Source: an uncultured Bacteroidia bacterium
GTDB taxonomy: Bacteria; Bacteroidota; Bacteroidia; J057
Direction: 5' to 3'
Assembly (NCBI GenBank): GCA_964542415.1
Contig: CAZIVQ010000001.1
Location: 1 to 25,656, forward strand
DNA length: 25,656 bases
Shown: piece by piece, positions 8,375 through 16,410 of the stretch
Layout of the letters: the number at the start of each line of letters is the position of its first letter
How positions within the stretch are numbered: position 1 is the stretch's first letter
Program-made: the position numbers and the translations under genes
Notes under the pieces: model-generated
Databases searched by the model: none
Told to the model about the DNA's origin: nothing
Seen by the model: only the letters and a program-made list of their open reading frames with translations

Positions 8375-8938
8375 TCAAACGGTCATGATTTCTTCTTCCT
8401 TGGCTTTCATGACTTCCTCTACCATGTTGTTGTATTTGTCTGTCTGCGTCTGTACCTGGTCCTCAGCCCGTTTGACGAAGTCCTCCGCAAATCCCTCTTT
8501 CTGCAACTCTTTAAGCTGATCCAAAGCATCGTGGCGGTTGCTACGAATAGAAATTCGGGCATTTTCCCCTTCGGCCTTAGCCTGTTTGACCAGTTGCTTG
8601 CGGCGCTCCTCGGTAAGGGTGGGGATGGGAATGAGGACCTTGTCGCTATCGCTCTGCGGGTTGAAGCCCAGGTTGGCATCGCGCACCGCTTTCTCGATGG
8701 CGCCAATCATGCTTTTTTCCCAGGGGGTGATGGTCAGGGTCCGCGCATCAAGGATCGACACGTTGGCGACCTGATTCAGGGGGGTATCGGCCCCATAATA
8801 AGGCACCATGACTCCTTCTACCATCGCTGGGGAGGCCTTACCGGCCCTGATTTTGACCAGTTCACCGTTGAGGTGCGCGAGGGCTTTTTCCAGGTTCTCT
8901 TCGTACTCATCGAGCACCATTTTTAGCTCTTCATCCAT
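8375..8938 (-). CDS. frr: Ribosome recycling factor, 187 aa
   Basis: KIRAGKASP, YYGADTPLNQVANV, IPIPTLTEERRKQLVK and ISIRSNRHDA. ATG 8938 gives canonical length. Confidence 0.98.
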   Translation of the reverse strand: MDEELKMVLDEYEENLEKALAHLNGELVKIRAGKASPAMVEGVMVPYYGADTPLNQVANVSILDARTLTITPWEKSMIGAIEKAVRDANLGFNPQSDSDKVLIPIPTLTEERRKQLVKQAKAEGENARISIRSNRHDALDQLKELQKEGFAEDFVKRAEDQVQTQTDKYNNMVEEVMKAKEEEIMTV

Positions 8939-9108
8939 GGGTAAAGGGTTGAGTTTTACTAGAGGTGAGGGGTAAGAAACAAGCTTTATACTGACAGGCT
9001 GCTCCCTATCCAATTTTAAATTTAGCAGTTGCCCCCGATTTATCCTAACTGCCCTTGAAAGCCCCCTTTGCTACCAAAAGCGTAGCTGACCTCCTTTGAC
9101 GGGCTGGC

Positions 9109-10587
9109 TCATCGGTGGCCTTCCAGCATTTTCCGGGCCAGGGCATTGACGGTCTTGGGGTCGGCTTTTCCTTTCAGTTCCCGCATCAATTGCCCCACAA
9201 AGAAGCCGATCAGGCCTTTTTTGCCTTTTCGGTAGCGGTCCACCTCTGCGGGATGACGTTCGATCAACTGGGCCATCAGCGCCTCGATAGCGGTCTCGTC
9301 CGTGTCGAGCAGCAGGTTGAGGGCCTGGGCCATCGCCAAGGGGTCTGCCTCCGGCGCGGCGAGCAAGCCCGGCAGCAGCTGTTCTTTGGCGGCGGTATGG
9401 GACACCTTATTCTGCCTAACCAGCTCGATCATCCCCAGCAGCTGTGCCGGGCGCAGCGACAGCTCTCCCATCCCCAGCTTGTGCTCGTTCAGATAGGCCT
9501 TGACCGGTCCCAATAGCCAGTTAGCCGCTTCTTTTGCCGCCGGTTGCTGCTGTCGTACGACCTCAAAATAATCGGCAAGCTCTTTGTCTTCGGCTAAGGT
9601 CACGGCCTCATTGAAGGGCAACCCCACTGCTTGCTGGTAGGTCCGCACCAAGGCCGTGGGCAAAGGCGGCAGGGTCTGGCGCAGGCCTTCGAGTTCGGCC
9701 TCAGAGAGTTCCAGGGGCAGCAGGTCTGGCTCAGGAAAATAGCGGTAGTCATCGGCCGTCTCTTTGTGCCGCATGGGCAAAGTGATGCCCCGGGCCACGT
9801 CGTAGGTACGGGTCTGCTGCACGATAGCCCGGCCTGCTTCCAGCTCCGCGATCTGCCGGTCAATTTCATATTCTACCGCTCGCATCAAAAAATTGATCGA
9901 GTTCATGTTTTTGATCTCGGCTCGGGTGCCGAAGGTGTGGCTGCCTGCGGGCATGACCGAGACATTGGCGTCACAGCGTAAGCTACCTTCCTCCATGTTG
10001 CCATCGCTGATGCCCAAATGGCGAACGATCTTGCGCATCTCGGCAAAAAAAGCCCCGGCCTCGGCCGCAGAGCGCAGGTCGGGTTCAGTCACCACCTCTA
10101 CCAACCCCACCCCGGCCCGGTTGAGGTCGAGCAAGGTGGCGGTGGGGTCCTGGTCATGGATGGATTTGCCGGCGTCTTCTTCGAGGTGGATGCGGGTAAG
10201 GCGAATGCGGCGGGTGGTATCGGCATCGAGCAGCAGTTCTACCTGACCTCCGTAGCAGATAGGCCGGGTATCCTGCGAAAGCTGATAGCCTTTGGGCAGG
10301 TCAGGGTAAAAATAGTTTTTGCGGGCAAACCAGGTCCGCCGGTTGATCTCACAGCCCGTGGCCAAGCCTATGCGCAGGGCATGGGTGATGCAGGCGCGGT
10401 TGATGCCAGGCAGGGCTCCCGGGTGAGCAAGGTTGACCGGGGAGATGCAACTGTTGGGCGAGGCCCCAAACCCAAACCCCTCAGGAGCAAAAAATTTGCT
10501 CTCAGTCGTCAACTGGACGTGAACCTCAAGGCCTATTACCGGTTGGTAGCGGCTGCGGACTGAGTCGGAGATCAAATCGGTAGGCAT
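9109..10587 (-). CDS. gatB: Asp-tRNA(Asn)/Glu-tRNA(Gln) amidotransferase subunit B
   Basis: VIGLEVHVQL, FARKNYFYPDLPKGYQLSQ, IHLEEDAGKS, GSLRCDANVS, EIKNMNS, DYRYFPEPDL and a C-terminal YqeY-like domain. Confidence 0.97.
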   Translation of the reverse strand: MPTDLISDSVRSRYQPVIGLEVHVQLTTESKFFAPEGFGFGASPNSCISPVNLAHPGALPGINRACITHALRIGLATGCEINRRTWFARKNYFYPDLPKGYQLSQDTRPICYGGQVELLLDADTTRRIRLTRIHLEEDAGKSIHDQDPTATLLDLNRAGVGLVEVVTEPDLRSAAEAGAFFAEMRKIVRHLGISDGNMEEGSLRCDANVSVMPAGSHTFGTRAEIKNMNSINFLMRAVEYEIDRQIAELEAGRAIVQQTRTYDVARGITLPMRHKETADDYRYFPEPDLLPLELSEAELEGLRQTLPPLPTALVRTYQQAVGLPFNEAVTLAEDKELADYFEVVRQQQPAAKEAANWLLGPVKAYLNEHKLGMGELSLRPAQLLGMIELVRQNKVSHTAAKEQLLPGLLAAPEADPLAMAQALNLLLDTDETAIEALMAQLIERHPAEVDRYRKGKKGLIGFFVGQLMRELKGKADPKTVNALARKMLEGHR

Positions 10588-10662
10588 GGGTATCGATTAG
10601 CAGACAGCAGAGCCAAATTAAAGGTTTGTGGGCGAATTTCCCTATTCCAAAGAAAAGGAAAT

Positions 10663-10691
10663 AAAAAAGGCCCTCCTACCAGAGGAGGGCC
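10663..10691 (-). terminator. Rho-independent terminator of the ferredoxin gene
   Basis: Perfect 9-bp stem GGCCCTCCT/AGGAGGGCC with a 5-nt loop, followed by TTTTTT on the minus strand, 30 nt after the stop. Confidence 0.85.
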
Positions 10692-10721
10692 ATGTATCTC
10701 ATCGAAGCACGATGTACCAGG

Positions 10722-11072
10722 CTATTCGAGGTGGAGCCATTCTTTCTTCTCCTTCAGTTCCTCGTCGCTTTCTTCGTAATCGGGGTCAGGCACGCAGCAA
10801 TCTACGGGACAAACTGCGGCACATTGGGGCTCCTCGTGGAAGCCGATGCACTCCGTACACTTGTAAGGAGTGATGTAATAGACTTCATCCGAAACGGGTT
10901 CTTGCTCATCATCCGCTTCGATCGTTTCGCCATCTCCTAGTTCGATGGAGCCTTTGAGGCCGGTGCCATCAGAAAATTTCCATGGTACCCCGGGTTCGTA
11001 GATGGCTGTATTGGGGCATTCCGGCTCACATGCACCGCAGTTGATGCACTCGTCGGTTATGATAATGGCCAT
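10722..11072 (-). CDS. 2[4Fe-4S] dicluster ferredoxin (YfhL/Alvin-type), 116 aa
   Basis: [12 protein letters not shown] and [18 protein letters not shown] cluster motifs, an acidic inter-cluster insert and an acidic C-terminal helix. ATG 11072. Confidence 0.95.
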   Translation of the reverse strand: MAIIITDECINCGACEPECPNTAIYEPGVPWKFSDGTGLKGSIELGDGETIEADDEQEPVSDEVYYITPYKCTECIGFHEEPQCAAVCPVDCCVPDPDYEESDEELKEKKEWLHLE

Positions 11073-11080
11073 ATTGGATG

Positions 11081-11088
11081 CAAAGTTA
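11081..11088 (-). promoter_or_regulatory. -7 box (TAACTTTG) of the ferredoxin gene
   Basis: Perfect TAnnTTTG 8 nt upstream of the ATG. Confidence 0.7.
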
Positions 11089-11119
11089 AGTTCGAAAATT
11101 TGGCAATGCGTGTAGCGGT

Positions 11120-11127
11120 CAAAGTTA
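11120..11127 (-). promoter_or_regulatory. Second, tandem TAACTTTG box upstream of the ferredoxin gene
   Basis: An identical 8-mer 39 nt upstream of the first box. Confidence 0.45.
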
Positions 11128-11252
11128 CTTAGATTGTTGTAGAATAACCAAACGAAGGAGGGTTTGTTTTTCATCACTTAGCCCTACCAAGGAGATAGGG
11201 AGTGACCCTTTACAGAGATGGGGGCTTTTTGGGGATCGGTCCGCTCACCCAC

Positions 11253-11266
11253 TACGTTAAAACGTA
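11253..11266. promoter_or_regulatory. Inverted repeat TACGTT-AA-AACGTA, candidate operator
   Basis: Perfect 6+6 palindrome overlapping the expected -33 position of the acyl-CoA reductase promoter. Confidence 0.35.
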
Positions 11267-11285
11267 ATTTTTCTCAGGAATTTAT

Positions 11286-11293
11286 TATTTTTG
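11286..11293 (+). promoter_or_regulatory. -7 box (TATTTTTG) of the acyl-CoA reductase gene
   Basis: Perfect TAnnTTTG 9 nt upstream of ATG 11303. Confidence 0.65.
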
Positions 11294-11302
11294 ATATAAT
11301 TT

Positions 11303-12328
11303 ATGGAAATAAACCTGCTATCTCGCTCTGATCTTCTCCATAGCCTGGAAACCTTGGGGCAGCGGTTCCGGGCCTATGCCTTGCCGGAAGAGGTGGAGGC
11401 AGCGGCGCTGGCAGCCAATCCCTGGTACACCCAGTACTACCTGAAAGAGGCTTTGGCTGGCATAGGTAGCTGGCTGGAGCGGGATCGCTTGCAAGCTTTT
11501 TTGCAGAATTACCCCGAAGCACCTCGCCCCCCACAGCAAGTAGGCATCATCACCGCCGGCAACCTTCCCCTGGTAGGCTTCCATGATGTGCTTATGACGC
11601 TGCTGGCGGGCCATGTGGCCTGGGTAAAGGCCTCCCAGCAGGACCAGGTCCTGATGACATGGCTACATGCTACCTGGATCGAAATATTTCCGAATTTGGC
11701 AAATTTCTTTCATCTAAACCCTTTGCCTCCCCAGCTGGATTTTTTACTAGCAACCGGTAGTGACAATACCGCCAGGCAAATAGAGCAGGCCTTTGAAAAG
11801 GTCCCTAAAATCGTACGTAAAAACCGGTATTCCGTAGCTTTGCTCACCCCAGAAACCCGGCCAGATGAATGGAAAAGCCTGTACAAAGATTTGCTATTCT
11901 ATAACGGATTAGGGTGCAGAAACGTAAGCAACCTTATAGTGTTACCCGGGGTAGAGGTAGAACAGCTTCACGGTTTTGCTTCTACTTATCCACCCGAGCG
12001 TTTCAATCCGTATTACATGGAACGGGTTTTGTACCTTAAAGCAAAACATCGTCTTCTGCGAACTCCGGTTCTTTCACATCCCTACTTTCTTTTGCGGCCA
12101 TCCGAGCGGCTCCGGCCTGCTGAAATGGGCATGGTTTGGTTCATTCGATCTTCAAGCCAAGCAGAAGCCCTCCGGTTGATCGCCGACCAGAAAGACCAAG
12201 TCCAGTGTCAGGTAGGAATCGATACCGCTTTTGGACAAACCCAACGCCCGGGCTTGTCTGATTTTGCAGACGGTGTCGATACGCTCAAAGTTCTTACAAG
12301 CCTGCCTACTGCTTCAGCCGCTGGATAA
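11303..12328 (+). CDS. Acyl-CoA reductase, LuxC-like (aldehyde dehydrogenase fold), Bacteroidota short form
   Basis: ANPWYT, VGIITAGNLPLVGFHD, LATGSDNTAR, RKNRYSVA, catalytic Cys in GLGCRNVS, and FGQTQRPGLSDFADGVDT. Confidence 0.85.
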   Translation: MEINLLSRSDLLHSLETLGQRFRAYALPEEVEAAALAANPWYTQYYLKEALAGIGSWLERDRLQAFLQNYPEAPRPPQQVGIITAGNLPLVGFHDVLMTLLAGHVAWVKASQQDQVLMTWLHATWIEIFPNLANFFHLNPLPPQLDFLLATGSDNTARQIEQAFEKVPKIVRKNRYSVALLTPETRPDEWKSLYKDLLFYNGLGCRNVSNLIVLPGVEVEQLHGFASTYPPERFNPYYMERVLYLKAKHRLLRTPVLSHPYFLLRPSERLRPAEMGMVWFIRSSSQAEALRLIADQKDQVQCQVGIDTAFGQTQRPGLSDFADGVDTLKVLTSLPTASAAG

Positions 12329-12585
12329 GGGATTATGTTAGGTTTATATCGTAGTTGATAGTGCTAATCTAGCAGTCAGTCGCCTATTTTAGGGCTAACA
12401 ATAAACAAGAGTTGGAATATATACATACCTGTATAAAAGTCCGGCACCCAGCACCTTCTAGAACAAAAATAGTCTAGACAGTAAAATTTCAAATCCGGCT
12501 TATAGTCCTCAGTAACACCTGCCAAGCTATAGACCCTGATCGGTGCCCAGCAATTATTCCAGGTTGTATATTTAATGCTACCATC

Positions 12586-14328
12586 ATGAAACGCCTCCCC
12601 ACACACTTTTTCCGCTCTGTACTACCGGTTTTAATCTTGCTACTCACGGGCAGCCTTGCCCACGGACAGTCTTGGTACCCTAAAGAGTTTTTTGGTATTG
12701 CGCCCCAGGATAAGCATGTTGCCTTTTTCGACGAGTTTGACGGCAACTCTCAGCGCTGGGACCTCAATTCGCAGTACCTTGAAGAATATATCCAAGATGG
12801 CGAGTTTTACTGCGAGACCCTCGTTCAAAATGCCTTCACCAAGTGGCGGCCGGTGCCACTGCAGGCTAACGCCAACTTCGAAGCTGAAGTACGCATCCGC
12901 TATGTCAAAGGTGGCGACCGGAGCTTAGCTGGCTTGACCTTCGGGCGGGACAAACGGGGCAATGAGTATAACTTCTTCTTTACCCCCCAAGGGGCCTTCA
13001 AGATCGCCCTATACGCCAATGGCCGCAGCGAAGACATTGTTTCTTGGCGCAACAATGAATTTCTCAAGCGCTACCGGTATTCCTACAAATCCCTGACGGT
13101 CCGCCAAGTCGACCAGCAGTGGTATTTCTTTATCAATGAGGAGTTGGTCGCACAAGTGCCTGCCCGGGAGCTGTACGGCAACCAGTTTGGCTTCACCATT
13201 GGCAACAAAATGGCCGTCGAGGTAGATTACTTGAAAATCTACGAAATTCGCACCAAAGACCAGCAGGGGCCCAGCATCACCCTCATTCAGCCTTCCCTCA
13301 ATGGCAGCAGCCACGTGGTGTTTGACCAGCGCGAGCAGGTCATTCGTGGCAAAGTGGTGGATCCCTCCGGCGTCCAGCTGGTGACCATCAACGGTACCGA
13401 AGTGTACTTCAGCAGCGATGGCGAATTTGCCGCCTCCCTTGACCTGCCCGACGAACCCTATGAGATCCAGCTGGTGGCGATTGACCAAAATCAAAATCGC
13501 ACCAAGACCACCTTTACCATGGAGTTCCGGATGCCGGAACCGCAGCCGCAGCACCAATTGGCTGACTTGGTACAACCGGCTGAATCTACCCGGCCCTACG
13601 CCGATTCTTATCCGGCTACCGCCACGGTGTTTGGCAAAAACTACCTGCTGCTCATCGGGGTAAACAAGTACACCTACTGGAACCGCCTCCACAACGCGGT
13701 GAAAGACTGCCAGGATATTCAGAACCTTCTTACCCGCTACTACCTCTTCGATAATGAGAACGTCGTTACCCTCTACAATGAAGAGGCTACTCGGGAAAAA
13801 ATTCTTGAGACTTTTGAAGAACTGCAAGATAAGTTGGGCGAAAATGACAACCTGCTCATCTATTACGCTGGGCACGGATACTACGATGACAGGTCCACCC
13901 TCGGCTATTGGGTGCCGGTAAATGCCCGCCCTAGCAAAATCCCTGATTTCATCCGCAACTCCACCGTTCACGATTACCTCCGCACCATCAACGCCAAGAA
14001 TACGTTGCTGATCGCTGATGCCTGCTATGCCGGCTCGCTCTTCTCCAACTATCGAGGCCAAATTACCGTGGGGGCCAAGTCCCGCTGGGCTTTTACCTCG
14101 GGTGATATCGAAAAAGTATGGGATGGGCAGCCCGGTGAAAACAGCCCCTTCGCCCGCTACCTCATCAACTACCTCCGCGACAACCGTAAAGCCGTCCTCT
14201 ACGCCAACGAGATGATCGATGCAGTAAGCACCGTCGTGCGGCAAAACACGGCCCAGACCCCGCAGGGAAATCCCCTTTCCCTCGCAGGCAACGAAGGGGG
14301 TATCTTCATTTTCCAGCGCCGCCAGTAG
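12586..14328 (+). CDS. Exported caspase-family (peptidase C14) protein: signal peptide, ConA/lectin-like domain, Ig-like domain, caspase domain
   Basis: Signal peptide ending LAHG|Q. C-terminal YLLLIGVNKY...LHNAVKD...YYAGHG...LIADACYAG carries the His-Cys dyad. Confidence 0.9.
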   Translation: MKRLPTHFFRSVLPVLILLLTGSLAHGQSWYPKEFFGIAPQDKHVAFFDEFDGNSQRWDLNSQYLEEYIQDGEFYCETLVQNAFTKWRPVPLQANANFEAEVRIRYVKGGDRSLAGLTFGRDKRGNEYNFFFTPQGAFKIALYANGRSEDIVSWRNNEFLKRYRYSYKSLTVRQVDQQWYFFINEELVAQVPARELYGNQFGFTIGNKMAVEVDYLKIYEIRTKDQQGPSITLIQPSLNGSSHVVFDQREQVIRGKVVDPSGVQLVTINGTEVYFSSDGEFAASLDLPDEPYEIQLVAIDQNQNRTKTTFTMEFRMPEPQPQHQLADLVQPAESTRPYADSYPATATVFGKNYLLLIGVNKYTYWNRLHNAVKDCQDIQNLLTRYYLFDNENVVTLYNEEATREKILETFEELQDKLGENDNLLIYYAGHGYYDDRSTLGYWVPVNARPSKIPDFIRNSTVHDYLRTINAKNTLLIADACYAGSLFSNYRGQITVGAKSRWAFTSGDIEKVWDGQPGENSPFARYLINYLRDNRKAVLYANEMIDAVSTVVRQNTAQTPQGNPLSLAGNEGGIFIFQRRQ

Positions 14329-14344
14329 GCACCCCGGATCCTAC

Positions 14345-14388
14345 AAAATAACTACGCCCCCGGTCGCTTCAGTGATCGGGGGCGTAGT
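14345..14388. terminator. Long hairpin between convergent genes (terminator, U-tract on the minus strand)
   Basis: ACTACGCCCCC-GGTCGC/TTCA/GTGATC-GGGGGCGTAGT forms 17 bp including 2 G-U pairs. TATTTT follows on the minus strand. Confidence 0.8.
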
Positions 14389-14406
14389 GCGTTACGGGCG
14401 AGCTGC

Positions 14407-16410
14407 CTAACGGAAGATCAGCCGGTAACGGGCCGTCGCCAGGTTTCCGGCCTTATCTTTTACCTCGATCAACAGTTCACGCTGTCCGGGGGCAGGGCGC
14501 TCTTTGCCCATCTGGTAGGTGAGGGTATGGTCGCGAAAGTCGTAAGAAAACAACTTCCACTCGCCGTCGATCCGCCCGTACACGGTCTCATGGTCGATGC
14601 CAGAAAATGCGTCTTTGGCGGTCAGGACCAGTTTGTCGACCGAGGTCCCAACCGTAGCGCCTTGGCCAAAATTCACCGGGCGAATGTCTGGAGCCGTGCT
14701 GTCTGCCATCAGGCAGTAGACCCCAAATTCCCGGGTCGAAGCGTAGACGTTGCCGTCTTCGCCATGGGTATTGCCTGCGTAGCGCCAGGTTCCTTTCTCT
14801 TTTTTTGCCACCACCAAATGGGTCAAAGGACGCGGCTGGTTGGGCTTGAAACTGACCAGGAAAGAGCGAAAAAGGGGAATGGTTTCGGTCCCGAGTCGGT
14901 AAGCAGGGCTCAACATGTCGGGACCTTGGGCCGCCACGGGCTCGACTTCGAGGTGGACCCGGTCAAAAACCGCCTGGTAGGGAAAAAAAGCCTGTACCTG
15001 CCCTACCTCCACCAAGGTGTTTTTGCCCGGCAGCACTTCGTCTTTGAAATACAAGGGCAGGTCTATGTTGCCGATGTCGTCGTACACCCGCACCGGATAG
15101 TCGAACCGGCTGAGAGGCAGAATGAATACCAGCCGCTGATCCCGGTAATAGGCGGGCTTGAGGAGTTTTTCCCGACCATACTGATTGGTGTAGCGCAGTC
15201 CAGGGTCAAAATAACTGCGAGCAGGCTGCGCCACGGTGACCACAAGGTTTCCGCGTTTTACTTCGTGGCTTACCCGGGGGCTGCCATAGTTGGGGTAGGG
15301 GTCGGGAAAATCGGGCGGGGCCGCCTCATGCTGAAGCTGCCCGGTAAGCACGGAGCGGTTGCCGTGCAGGTCCTCGAGTTCAAGGCGAAACTCATGTACC
15401 CCGAGGTCGGTCAATTCAATCATGCCGCGCTCGCGCACATGCTTGTAGGCCGGAAACTGGTTGCCAAAGTCAACATAAGCTTTTTGTAGGCGCTGCCGGG
15501 TCTGCTGGTAGTGAGCATGGTCGATGTGAACGTAGATGTAGCGCTTTTCGTCGAACGCATAGCGGTCCAGTTCGAAGAGGTACACCAACTCGTCATCGAG
15601 AAACAGACGGGCGTGGTTGATCCCGCAAGGGTTGCCGGCCGCATCGAGCAGGTCGTAGGCTTGGTACTCTATCCCGACTTTTCCCCGCACCTTGATGATG
15701 CCCGGCAGCCGGTACCGACCGTTGCCGCCCTGAGGGGTGAGGAGGCGCTTTTCGAATTTGCCCGCTACCCGGGCATCAGGCTTGATGGGCTCTATGCCCA
15801 CTGCTTGTAGAATGGGCGGCTTGTGGTCAGCGATGCGGTCCTTGTACCACCGGAGGGGATTGAGGATGCGCTCCTGTGGGTCCCGGATTTCGAAGTGCAG
15901 GTGCGGCCCGAAGGAGGAACCACTGTTGCCACTGTAGCCGATCAGCTCGCCCGCTTTGACCGGCCATTCGTTCTGCCCCAGATAGATTTCCTGCTCGGCC
16001 TGCTTGCTGGTGTACTGCCGTTCGTAGACAAAGGCCTCGATCTCCTCGGTAAACCGCTGCATGTGCCCGTAGACAGAGAAACGCCCATCGGGGTGGCGAA
16101 GGTAGATCGCCCGGCCAAACCCATAGGGGCCCACTTTGATGCGGTAAATGTAGCCCTCTTGAATGGCGTAGAGGGGAATCCCTCGCTTGCCCCAGGTCTT
16201 GATGTCGATGCCAGAATGAAAATGATCTCCCCGCAATTCACCAAACGTCCCTGACAAGGCGGCGTAGTCATTGCTGGCAAAAGGATAGCGATAGGGCGGA
16301 TCCGGGGGCAAAGCCCCCAATCCCAAAATCAATCCCAGCAGGAGGGTAGGGATGAACGTACGGTTCCATCTTTTCCTGGCTATTTCCCAACGACTTGCTT
16401 TATTTGACAT
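14407..16410 (-). CDS. M23 family metallopeptidase (large Bacteroidota type), 667 aa
   Basis: N-terminal TM/signal, FGELRGDHFHSGIDIK (HxxxD), YGHM and SSFGPHLHFEIR (HxH). Start overlaps the FAH gene stop by 11 nt. Confidence 0.92.
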   Translation of the reverse strand: MSNKASRWEIARKRWNRTFIPTLLLGLILGLGALPPDPPYRYPFASNDYAALSGTFGELRGDHFHSGIDIKTWGKRGIPLYAIQEGYIYRIKVGPYGFGRAIYLRHPDGRFSVYGHMQRFTEEIEAFVYERQYTSKQAEQEIYLGQNEWPVKAGELIGYSGNSGSSFGPHLHFEIRDPQERILNPLRWYKDRIADHKPPILQAVGIEPIKPDARVAGKFEKRLLTPQGGNGRYRLPGIIKVRGKVGIEYQAYDLLDAAGNPCGINHARLFLDDELVYLFELDRYAFDEKRYIYVHIDHAHYQQTRQRLQKAYVDFGNQFPAYKHVRERGMIELTDLGVHEFRLELEDLHGNRSVLTGQLQHEAAPPDFPDPYPNYGSPRVSHEVKRGNLVVTVAQPARSYFDPGLRYTNQYGREKLLKPAYYRDQRLVFILPLSRFDYPVRVYDDIGNIDLPLYFKDEVLPGKNTLVEVGQVQAFFPYQAVFDRVHLEVEPVAAQGPDMLSPAYRLGTETIPLFRSFLVSFKPNQPRPLTHLVVAKKEKGTWRYAGNTHGEDGNVYASTREFGVYCLMADSTAPDIRPVNFGQGATVGTSVDKLVLTAKDAFSGIDHETVYGRIDGEWKLFSYDFRDHTLTYQMGKERPAPGQRELLIEVKDKAGNLATARYRLIFR

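Noticed and set aside
11186-11230. SAM-I-like string (AAGGAGATAGGGAGTGACCC)
   Set aside because: Lacks the AUC start, the GCAACC and GUGC core elements, and is not in a 5'UTR.
11303-12328. Bioluminescence (lux) operon
   Set aside because: Only a short LuxC-like gene is present; no luxA, luxB, luxD or luxE.
12376-12606. 76-aa minus-strand ORF
   Set aside because: Overlaps the caspase start and promoter, has no motif, and uses a non-ATG start. Only its last 16 codons are kept as a speculative micropeptide.
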